A DNA stretch of 18,254 bases from Promethearchaeota archaeon (GTDB lineage Archaea; Asgardarchaeota; Lokiarchaeia; Sigyniarchaeales; SOKP01). Each line of letters opens with the position of its first letter. Position 1 is the stretch's first letter. The position numbers were made by a program, and so were the translations under genes. This document shows, piece after piece, positions 9,301-16,579 of the stretch. The stretch is from NCBI GenBank assembly GCA_030603385.1, contig JAUVXW010000048.1, positions 1 to 18,254 on the forward strand. The letters run 5' to 3'. The notes beneath the pieces are model-generated. The model was given only the letters and a program-made list of their open reading frames with translations. It was not told the DNA's origin and made no database searches.

Positions 9301-10954
9301 TACGTTTTCAAGCAATATTACATCACTTGTTTCAGACTTTGAAACAACTTTAAATACTTCCTCTCAAATATTTAATGCGGAGATAATACGACTCGAGGAT
9401 TATTCACTTGAGATAATGAACGAATCGATACAAATAAAAACTGAGATTCTTAACGAGCCGATAACTAGTGCTGATGACGAGACATTACAGCAACTTGATC
9501 AACTCAAGGTAGATATCGAAGATTCGTTTCTTAGGGGAGAATGGAATAACGTGGTTGAAAAATCAGAATTATTAATTGAGTTAGCTAGAAATGTTGCTTT
9601 AGAGACCAATAACAACTCATTTTTGAAAGAATATGTTGAATACGCAAAAGAATACAAAACTAATGCAAAACAATTCCTAAAATTGAATTTATACCACCTA
9701 AAAGAGATTTCAATTACTGATAATGAAACTAAAACATTAAACGTGATTGGTCATAGCGAAGGAGCACCTACTGCTAATTACATCTTGGAAACCAACTGTT
9801 CTTGGGTAACACCAATAGAACAAACCGTTGCGATCGTGCAATACAATAGAACCCCAATACAACTCATTATCTCGACTGAGAACGATTCAACAATAACTCT
9901 CGGAATATATTATGTTGAGTTAAAATTGTATCTACCACAGACAAATACGATAAAATTTTCGTTATTGACAATCAATGTGATGGATGACGATTTAACTCCT
10001 CCAGAGATACTTGTTAGCCCTTTTGATTATAGTAACTTTAGTTGGCAAGCTATGATAATCGATGATGATGGTGAAATAGATAGTGAGGCAACGGCGATCT
10101 ATAAAGTTATTGATCAGAATTCCAACATTATTCTCCAGGGAGAAATTTTAGAAGAATCAAGTCTTGAGACAATATTTATACCTTTCAAAGAGGGTACATA
10201 TACATTATTAATTGAAGCTTCTAATAATGACAATGATCGAGAAAACGATGAGGAACTTAGCTATTTTGAAGAAGTAATTGAAATCACCATAGATGAGATG
10301 TATTCTTATGTTGATTGGCAACTAGAAGAACTAGCAGAATATATAGAGAATCACTTGAATTATAGGTATAGGAGATGTATTATCCATAAACTATCAAAAG
10401 CGCAAGAACAGTTACAGGAAGCTCTTTATCTCATTGAGAAAGGAGATATTACTTGTGGTATATACCATGATCTCATTGCAAAAATATGTGTGAGATTTTC
10501 AGAAATTAAAACCGAGATTTTAAACAGATTAAACAGAATTGATGATGAAATTGCAGAATATATCATAAGCACACTTCATAATATAAGGAATAACATTGTG
10601 ATTTTAATGGGAGCTTCAATTTGTGAACCACTTGCTTACGATATTGCTTTAATAGAAGTGGAATTACTCAATCTAAATGATTTTATTAAAGAAGAGATTC
10701 CCTGCTATACAAATAAATATCTTAGCAGTAAAGTCTATTGTGCTTCAAAAATGTTAGAAATTGCGCTTTTTAGGATCTCAATGGGCTATAGTATTGAATA
10801 TATATTAGAGTGTACTCAATGGAAATTAGAACGAGTCATATGGAGAATTGATTGGAATCTCAAGAAAGGGAGGGTCTCTGAAGATTTAGCTAATTACCTA
10901 ATTGAAGAAATTACCAGAATAATTGAAGCTATAGAACAAGTAATCATAAATTAA
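6323..10954 (+). CDS. Large secreted multidomain protein (~1543 aa): signal/TM, Ig-like domains with DDD..P / D.DR..D motifs, central hydrophobic helices, helical bundle, two FIMAH-like C-terminal domains
   Basis: ATG 6323 (MKKFKKIILTVLIILMFFG) follows GTGAT and gives a proper signal sequence. The upstream TTG 6206 lies inside the repeat. DDDDDAP...AIDRDMDR..D and DDDLTPP...ASNNDNDREND recur. The C-terminal helical units end in RIDDEIAEYII and GRVSEDLANYLIEEI. Confidence 0.85.
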   Translation: MKKFKKIILTVLIILMFFGSTFNSLFYNSFENKTTTKINENLLKSSSKVETSLILLDNPGKMLSWNQTGTISAMLIVKEDQEPIPLEHLELYVFIDEELILFSGGLTNELGVVNFTFFVELDNGDYPYEVKFECNSVFTSTKAESYFTVINDYIKPYIYFNMYSCTDAGIVFDYTIGIDLWPTVIGGLEYAYIELLARKPNTYSIEVIRFRHDWQGKHGEYKSGLITCTSAASGSIGLGYLLQNGWTTIDVRIEAEAEMLLPVPWPPFVWIFEESETYSNSFNLIDDDDDAPIFVDNSHDPSISIQYEGDYNINLTYKDQSGWDAYIQYGFINETCNVIYDDYIGGTGNTNLTTITYSIPKTIWGLFPGTTIRYRTKAIDRDMDRGGGNKDLSASSWTNWMDAGHIFKSFGGALEKVETWIYLDDKWQIWSISPNKPPPYNTFYLRDINFFTLSIVNPLNDIITVSNALLSFSCPKFLSGPSAPSPIGIIISDPIHEKERLSIVNNQPFNPSHFIMDGWSSTNITIEFALDYYIGIDSDNVFHFSKSYIYTIIRPPQPTVNFIGFSGPLFYKSGGKGSVIDAKFNIKNNARAPIQVTQNYQFSNDVGSELREKLTISQQFKADVLIKPDESEELSFKMNVPLGGTRYFWDASIIILKGIKYILKIFGAALDVRLIQVLKTVEELSKTGLKNLALASGIINTLLAVYNGIVLTIIAGVSRLADLQRNYDFVSEVTWKYIHNGGSDDTAHNVLGYGNIKPSIYTLNLVPSAEQEAFFWAGFGLKIALGVSYGIAAAIHFSAYAGGPLAPLIKAAAVISTLVCLAMEFLSDWFWWEANDDVPLNDNYDETYVPEYSSLNISDYNVGNEFEETIINLGNTTLRMTEDLRALNETKSRKESAIIAGDYNAVLMQNEALMDYSGRVADDFKDLNNDLELLSYHMKENSPEIKESIYKLESNFSQSGLSEEEISLLQSNGFNQTEIQSLNATLVNVTKSNTFSSNITSLVSDFETTLNTSSQIFNAEIIRLEDYSLEIMNESIQIKTEILNEPITSADDETLQQLDQLKVDIEDSFLRGEWNNVVEKSELLIELARNVALETNNNSFLKEYVEYAKEYKTNAKQFLKLNLYHLKEISITDNETKTLNVIGHSEGAPTANYILETNCSWVTPIEQTVAIVQYNRTPIQLIISTENDSTITLGIYYVELKLYLPQTNTIKFSLLTINVMDDDLTPPEILVSPFDYSNFSWQAMIIDDDGEIDSEATAIYKVIDQNSNIILQGEILEESSLETIFIPFKEGTYTLLIEASNNDNDRENDEELSYFEEVIEITIDEMYSYVDWQLEELAEYIENHLNYRYRRCIIHKLSKAQEQLQEALYLIEKGDITCGIYHDLIAKICVRFSEIKTEILNRLNRIDDEIAEYIISTLHNIRNNIVILMGASICEPLAYDIALIEVELLNLNDFIKEEIPCYTNKYLSSKVYCASKMLEIALFRISMGYSIEYILECTQWKLERVIWRIDWNLKKGRVSEDLANYLIEEITRIIEAIEQVIIN

Positions 10955-11078
10955 ACTTAATTTATTTCAATTTTTTTTCTTATTCTATTTATAATTTATG
11001 ATTAATTTCCCTTAATAGCCTAATGTCATAATTTCGATCCAAAAATTAAATTTTTAGTTTTTATTATTTGAAATAAAT

Positions 11079-11147
11079 CTATATTACATTCTTTCCACAT
11101 ACATGATATATTGTTTGTCCTTTTGGGAGTTCAGCGCCACAATGCTG
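11079..11147 (-). pseudogene. Startless remnant of a C-terminal zinc ribbon
   Basis: Translates as QHCGAELPKGQTIYHVCGKNVI*, a CxxC-x10-CxxC ribbon missing its first Cys and with the third read as Tyr (TAT vs TGT). Confidence 0.6.
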
Positions 11148-11166
11148 ATTAAAGAGAAAATAAATT

Positions 11167-11337
11167 TCAATAAAGAATTCTATGTTGTTTTAGTTTGTTG
11201 GATTTTGAAATGTACTCTGAGCACATCTTAAATCCTGAAATTTCACATATGAAATGATGTTTTGGAAGGTCGCATTGTGTTATAAAGGGACAGGTAAGCA
11301 AATTAACTTCAGGAATAACTTCTGACTCTACACCCAT
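11167..11337 (-). CDS. Small four-cysteine protein (56 aa; below the ORF-track cutoff)
   Basis: MGVESEVIPEVNLLTCPFITQCDLPKHHFICEISGFKMCSEYISKSNKLKQHRILY*. Seven of the ten differences from the copy at 6178-6247 are synonymous, which supports real coding function. An alternative in-frame ATG lies at 11346. Confidence 0.8.
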   Translation of the reverse strand: MGVESEVIPEVNLLTCPFITQCDLPKHHFICEISGFKMCSEYISKSNKLKQHRILY

Positions 11338-11946
11338 AATTATCATCTTCTTATTGTAGGATTTTTTAAATAAAAAATTGAAATTCTTGGCTTTAAAAAT
11401 CAGAGGGAGTAGAAATTTAGTTATTCGTTTGAGTTTTTTTCTTTATAGGTGGTCATCAGTATTCTAAAAGTGATATATGTGTATATCCTGCTCTATGTAT
11501 TACATTTTCTTCCGTTCATTGATGACGTGGGTTTTATTAAAATTGCTGAAACACTTAGTGAATGGATTAAAAATTAGATATCTTTTTTATCCATTTAGAA
11601 TATAGGATGCTTTTAATTTAACGGTCCTAAAAATTTCCCTATTACAAAATTCAAGCCTAATCCAATCCTTGTTTGTATGGATACTTTATAATCAGGTAGA
11701 GAAAATAAGATGTTATAACTTTAAATCGAAGGGATGGTGTGGCAAAATAAATGTAGCTTAAGCAAAAAATTAACTCTGAGAATTATTCAGAGCAAAATTT
11801 CTATTTAATTATGCACTATCATTTAAAAGATGCACCTACGGTTAAAATTGGGGGTTATTCAAAAGTAATTAATATATTAATTGCCATAGTAACACTCTTA
11901 AGTACATTCTAAATCTATCATTATATGACTATCGAAAATTGAAAGA

Positions 11947-12675
11947 TTAATGTATATATCCTTTAATTAGCTGATGAAATTCTTCAGCAGTAAAACTTAT
12001 TGAAAGAGGTTGAATCTCTCCATTATTTTTATAACTAGGTTTAATAGTAGTCTCACCAGTTAAATTTAATTTAGTAAAATATATTATTATCTCTTTAGCT
12101 ATATTGGTTGAAAAAGATTTATTAGTTAAATCTTCAATTTTTAATATAATTTCGATAAATCCATCAGGAAATTGTTTTACGATATTAGTTTTTAACCACT
12201 GATGATTGTAGCGAGACATATAAATGCATTGAACATAATGTGCTTCCAATTCTGCTCTCTGTGAAATATATTCAATCCAATTCTTTCCATTATAGTCTAT
12301 ATATTCTTGTTCCTCTTGCATTGTGATATGTTGAATTCTATGAACTAACTCATGAGCAATCGCATGTGATCCATTACTTTTGGAATACCTTGGATGAATA
12401 GAAATTGGTCCTAAATCATAAGCAACAGAATTACACCCTGGTACATTATAAACTTTTTCACCTTTTTTACCTATCTTCCCACCGGAAACAATCATTTTTT
12501 CCCAAATAATCTCAACTTTAAATGGATCATCAATTACATATTTATTTCCATTTTTATAATAATTATCAAGATTTACATATTGCCTATCACTTTCACTATA
12601 AGGAAATAGAGTATCTCTTATTTGTAACTTTTTTTCTAACATGATTCTGATTGTATTTTCAGCAATTTTATGCAA
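11947..12675 (-). CDS. Zincin-like HExxH metallopeptidase domain protein
   Basis: AIAHELVHRIQH followed ~25 aa later by Y...RAELEAH, the likely third-ligand Glu. No signal peptide. TTG start preceded by GAGAGAGA. Confidence 0.75.
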   Translation of the reverse strand: MHKIAENTIRIMLEKKLQIRDTLFPYSESDRQYVNLDNYYKNGNKYVIDDPFKVEIIWEKMIVSGGKIGKKGEKVYNVPGCNSVAYDLGPISIHPRYSKSNGSHAIAHELVHRIQHITMQEEQEYIDYNGKNWIEYISQRAELEAHYVQCIYMSRYNHQWLKTNIVKQFPDGFIEIILKIEDLTNKSFSTNIAKEIIIYFTKLNLTGETTIKPSYKNNGEIQPLSISFTAEEFHQLIKGYIH

Positions 12676-12814
12676 ATTATCTCTCTCTCATTGAACTTAT
12701 AGATTGAACAAGTATGTAATTTCCTCCCATCTATTTGAATTCTTTCATTTTAGTTTTTTTCTTTATAAAGACTCATCAATATTCCAGCAGTGATATATCT
12801 CTTAAGGTGATAAA

Positions 12815-12979
12815 ATAAGTCTTGATGAGCTGACTAGTATTGAACGCGTAGAGTTTGAGAGATCGAGAATTCGAGAAACCTATTCGGTAAATAACCTTCT
12901 ATTGTCAAAATTGTTTGAAGAATTAATTTCAGAAATAAAAATAGATGTTTTACCTATTTTAGACATGTATATTTCCTGA
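12815..12979 (+). pseudogene. Possible small gene (54 aa) with an ATA start, or a gene remnant
   Basis: AGGTGAT-AAA-ATA, then (M)SLDELTSIERVEFERSRIRETYSVNNLLLSKLFEELISEIKIDVLPILDMYIS*. Composition is protein-like and helical, but there is no canonical start at the expected position. Confidence 0.35.
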
Positions 12980-13308
12980 AAGTAGTTTGCCTAATTATAT
13001 CAAATGAAATATTTTTTTTTTTCCAAAGTCTCAATAGCTTTAGGATTATGATCTATTAAATTTTTTTCTTTTTTTTATTGGAAATTAAGGTCATTGGAAG
13101 TAAATGTAAAGATTTATAAAAGTGTCGGTATTCTAGGAAATCTAGAATTTAAAAACAAAATTTTTTTATAGTTGTATTTATATATTAATATTGAATAAAT
13201 GATAAATCTTGTTTTAAGGTGTATAAATTTGGAGTTGTAGAAATTCTTAAATTTATAATGTAGGGATCATATACATAAATATCTAAAAATTTATTAATAA
13301 TTATCTTA

Positions 13309-13584
13309 ATGGTTATTTTTATGAATAATGGTCCCATTGACGTTGTTTATAGACCTGGCTTAATGAAAAGTTCTTTATTAAATAAGGTTGAATTTAGACG
13401 TGTCACTAAAGAAATAACCGATACAGGAATAAGAGATAATGAATCGTATAACAGAAAAATAGACAGAGTGGTGAAGGAATTAAGAAGTAGAAACTTAGTT
13501 CATGTTATGTATGAATGGAAGAAAAGCCGGGATAATAGAGATGTTTTATACATAAAATATATGAAAAGAACAGGAACATTTTAA
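13309..13584 (+). CDS. Candidate RelE/ParE/MqsR-fold toxin (start may be 13321)
   Basis: Small, basic protein. IDVVY (strand), two helices, KELR, HVMYEW and VLYIKYMKR follow RelE-superfamily topology. It ends 23 bp upstream of a Panacea-like gene. Confidence 0.5.
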   Translation: MVIFMNNGPIDVVYRPGLMKSSLLNKVEFRRVTKEITDTGIRDNESYNRKIDRVVKELRSRNLVHVMYEWKKSRDNRDVLYIKYMKRTGTF

Positions 13585-13607
13585 AAAAAGAGGAGGTTAT
13601 TATAATT

Positions 13608-14309
13608 ATGTTGTTAAGACCAACAGAAAAGAAAACAAATGTAGAAACATTAGATAATCAAAATAAGGAAATCATTTTAGAAGATATTCCGATTTATGTT
13701 GAAGAAGAAAGTGGAGAAGAGCTTGTTTCTCTTGTTGATATTCTAAGAGCTGATGAGCAAAGGATCGCAAAAAAGTATAACATTAATATATATAATATAT
13801 TTGAATTAGCATTATTATATGCTGATGTGAAACAACGAGGGAAATGTATCAAGCAAAAATATCGATTTAACAAAATGTTATTTTATGTTTATAAAAAATT
13901 CGAAGAAGAATATGGAGAAAATGTATTAATATTTGATGGAATGAAGATAGCTGAAAAGGGACCAATTCCAATACATCTTAAGGAAGATATGATAAAATTA
14001 CAAAAAGAAGGGATTCTTGATGTCTTCCTTGCAAGATCTGGGAAGAAAATTCCTGGAAGTAAAGAAGATTGGAAATCTAAAAAATGGATTTCAATTGATT
14101 GCACTCTTACTAATAAAGGAGAAGATATAGCAAGAAAAATTTGGTCTGAGCTAGATCCTGAAATGAGAGAAATCATTATAGAAGTGAAGGAAAAATTATA
14201 CTACATGAAAACAGGAAAATTAAGAAAAAAAGTTCATAAAGAATACCCTGAATATAAGAAATCCTTTGTTCTAAATGATGAAGAGACGTTTGCTTATTTA
14301 CTTAAATAA
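13608..14309 (+). CDS. Panacea/SocA (DUF4065)-like antitoxin with a cysteine-less MqsA/YgiT-type N-terminal domain
   Basis: FNKMLFY...F......KGPIP..L.EDM..L...G.L...TLTNKG...L.K.VH.EYPEY matches the SocA/YwgA-like pattern. The N-terminal IILEDIPIYVEEESGEELVS matches the YgiT finger (ii.nvPa.vC..CGE...s) without the cysteines. Strong AGGAGG ribosome-binding site. Confidence 0.72.
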   Translation: MLLRPTEKKTNVETLDNQNKEIILEDIPIYVEEESGEELVSLVDILRADEQRIAKKYNINIYNIFELALLYADVKQRGKCIKQKYRFNKMLFYVYKKFEEEYGENVLIFDGMKIAEKGPIPIHLKEDMIKLQKEGILDVFLARSGKKIPGSKEDWKSKKWISIDCTLTNKGEDIARKIWSELDPEMREIIIEVKEKLYYMKTGKLRKKVHKEYPEYKKSFVLNDEETFAYLLK

Positions 14310-14336
14310 AAATTGATTATCTCATTAACTATTATT

Positions 14337-14358
14337 ATTTTTTTTATTATCTTTTTTT
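14337..14358 (+). terminator. Oligo-T archaeal terminator-like tracts after the toxin-antitoxin-like operon
   Basis: Two T-runs ~30-50 bp after the TAA at 14309. Confidence 0.45.
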
Positions 14359-14570
14359 GATATTTTGTATTATAGAAATGATCAACCTGAATTATCATCA
14401 AACTGAAGTTATATTAAATCTTTTATGCAACTTTTCTTTTTCCTTTGCTTTACTTTCAATTTCCTTTAGTCTTGGCACAATTATAAGCCTGTAAATCTGC
14501 GAAACAAGTTCGTTAATCCCAATAGCAATTAAAACAAAAATACTGAAGAGTAAAAAATGGTGGTAATGAT

Positions 14571-15104
14571 ATGAACAGTATTTCACACTACAAATCAAGA
14601 AATCTTGAAGTATTAAGGGAATTACATGAAATCACTTTTAACTATACAAAAGAGATGGAGGAGACATTTGAATTCCTAAGAGACTCAAAAGACTACTTAG
14701 AGTTTAAGAAAATCAAAAAGGACATCGGCGAAAGCACCTATTCAGTAAGAATGAAAAGCCTTATGAATATGGCATTAACTTATTTTTACTCGGTATATGA
14801 AGCCTTCACACGTACTTTTTTTGCAAAAGTGATGCATTATGACGAAGGGATGAGTATTGAATACTTTAATTCAGAATTTCATAAGCTCCATGAACTTAGA
14901 AAGCGAGTTATCAAAAAAAAATACCAAATACGCTTACCAAATCATATATTTAGAGTTTTGAGGTTATTCCAAACCGATCGTAATGACATTGTACACTTGG
15001 GTAAAAAAGCTAAACCTGAATTTGAAAATATAGAATATTTCTTTAGGGTTATAGCGGAATATTTCGAATATATTGAAAAAGAAATCTTCTCAAGGTTAAG
15101 TTAG
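14571..15104 (+). CDS. HEPN-domain protein (putative RNase)
   Basis: All-helical protein with YFYSVYEAF (the conserved N-terminal Glu helix) and the RxxxxH motif RNDIVH (14979-14996), followed by a terminal amphipathic helix. Confidence 0.75.
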   Translation: MNSISHYKSRNLEVLRELHEITFNYTKEMEETFEFLRDSKDYLEFKKIKKDIGESTYSVRMKSLMNMALTYFYSVYEAFTRTFFAKVMHYDEGMSIEYFNSEFHKLHELRKRVIKKKYQIRLPNHIFRVLRLFQTDRNDIVHLGKKAKPEFENIEYFFRVIAEYFEYIEKEIFSRLS

Positions 15105-15286
15105 CAGAAAAAACCAAATGTCTTTGAATAGGAGTGAAACTAAAAAAAAAGAGAGAAATTTAAAATTATAATTAAAAATTGTTAAGTGGCATATCTTTTA
15201 CTATTTTAAAAATAACACTAAATTTTATTAAAGATTTGAAGTAATTATTAATTAGAGATTCAATTAAAGTAAAGTGAGATTGAGTT

Positions 15287-16105
15287 ATGCCATCAAAGAA
15301 AACAATTAAAGATAAAATTAAACAGAAAGGCCTATTAATACTAATTTCTTATAGTTTAGTTATAATCATAATAATTTTACTCTTATTCTTACTATTTTCA
15401 TATAGCTCATTTGTTTTTAAGATGATAGATAGAAACACTTTTAATGACTTTAATCAGTTTATTGCAAGTATAATAGCATTGCTTGGTATTGTTACAGCTT
15501 TAATCATTCCCTTTACTATGAAAGAAATTGAAAAAAAAAAAGAAATATTAAAATTAGAAGAAAAAAACCTTAATGTTGCTAAAATATTAGCTGCTGATAT
15601 GCAGCATCAAATGACTGAATTAATTTATTTTGGAAATAAGGTTTTGGGTGCTTTAACTAAAGCGATTAAAGATCATAAAGTAGAGGATTTAAAAAAGCTA
15701 AATAGCATGGGCTATCTGTATTATTTTTTAGAAGGACATAAACCAACTCAAACCGATGAAGTATTCATAGTTTTACTTTCAGAATTGTCATTTCTTGATT
15801 CTGTCACATACTTTACCGTAAAGGATTATTATTCGGTTATAAGAGAATTAGTAAATTTCATTAATATGTCCACGAATAATAAAACTTTTTTTTATAGTTT
15901 AGGACAATATTTTATCATTTTTCGGAGATTATCTCGGCAAAGCATTATAACCCTAACAAGCCTATATAGAGACGCTATTAAAACTGAGGAAGAGTTGACT
16001 TCAGTAGATGTTATTAAAAATCCCTGTGAAGAACTTTTAGATAACCTAAATAATCTACTTAAAGTGTTTTCAATCAAGATGCCTAATGAGGCAACTAGAT
16101 TATAA
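15287..16105 (+). CDS. Membrane protein with two N-terminal TM helices and a helical soluble domain
   Basis: Hydrophobic segments LLILISYSLVIIIIILLLFLLFSY and FIASIIALLGIVTALIIPF, followed by the charged coiled segment KEIEKKKEILKLEEK. Confidence 0.75.
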   Translation: MPSKKTIKDKIKQKGLLILISYSLVIIIIILLLFLLFSYSSFVFKMIDRNTFNDFNQFIASIIALLGIVTALIIPFTMKEIEKKKEILKLEEKNLNVAKILAADMQHQMTELIYFGNKVLGALTKAIKDHKVEDLKKLNSMGYLYYFLEGHKPTQTDEVFIVLLSELSFLDSVTYFTVKDYYSVIRELVNFINMSTNNKTFFYSLGQYFIIFRRLSRQSIITLTSLYRDAIKTEEELTSVDVIKNPCEELLDNLNNLLKVFSIKMPNEATRL

Positions 16106-16127
16106 AAAAATTATGGCTAAAATACAA

Positions 16128-16495
16128 TTATACCATGATAATAAGGTTTACATCAAAATCTCTTTTCATATGGCTGATTACCAAATTTAATGCTGCTATC
16201 TTTTGCTTTTTAATAGGGACTTTGATAACGGACACATCTGGAATAGGAGTCTTAATTTTTTCCCAAGGTTTACCCTTTCTTAAGAAGCTTCTTAATCTGA
16301 CTTGGATATGTGTCCCGTTATTTTGTTTCTTGGACTCGGTTTTGGGAATTTTACCTATATATGCCTTTAATTGGACTAGAAAATCGAAGTCTTTGGGATT
16401 CGGTGTAATACTGGTGGTTATTTTTGATGTTATCAAAGAGGATAACTTTATTAAAACCTTGTGTAATTCTTGTTCTGAATAACTGAATTTGGCAT
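16128..16495 (-). pseudogene. HicA-like basic protein with an apparent 1-nt frameshift just after the ATG
   Basis: The frame of ORF 16128..16436 stays open upstream (KFSYSEQELHKVLIKLSS). ATG 16495 is 59 nt from 16436, one base out of frame. The restored MPKFSYSEQELHKVLIKL...NGTHIQV...VIKVPIKK...LNLVI resembles HicA (GSH motif) with insertions. Confidence 0.4.
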
Positions 16496-16579
16496 TCTGA
16501 TTAGTTTATAGTTCAGTTAACTTGGACCGATTATTTTCGTTTAATGGTGTATTAAAAAAAAAAAAATTCATTCATCAAT

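Noticed and set aside
6178-11236. The 70-bp repeat pair as a diversity-generating retroelement TR/VR pair
   Set aside because: Mismatches are not confined to adenines of one copy (at most 5 of 10), are mostly synonymous third positions, and no reverse transcriptase is in the window.
11470-11577. 35-aa + strand ORF ending HFLPFIDDVGFIKIAETLSEWIKN, reminiscent of an alpha/beta-hydrolase C-terminus
   Set aside because: Too short and generic to support a call without a search.
13130-13300. Inverted repeat ATTCTAG-N5-CTAGAAT (~13130-13148) and palindrome TTATTAATAA (13291-13300) as antitoxin operators
   Set aside because: Short palindromes are expected by chance in DNA this AT-rich, and they are not repeated.
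14398-14598. 66-aa minus-strand ORF as an intact gene
   Set aside because: Its start overlaps the HEPN gene head-to-head and leaves no promoter space; at most the TM plus charged tail is a remnant.
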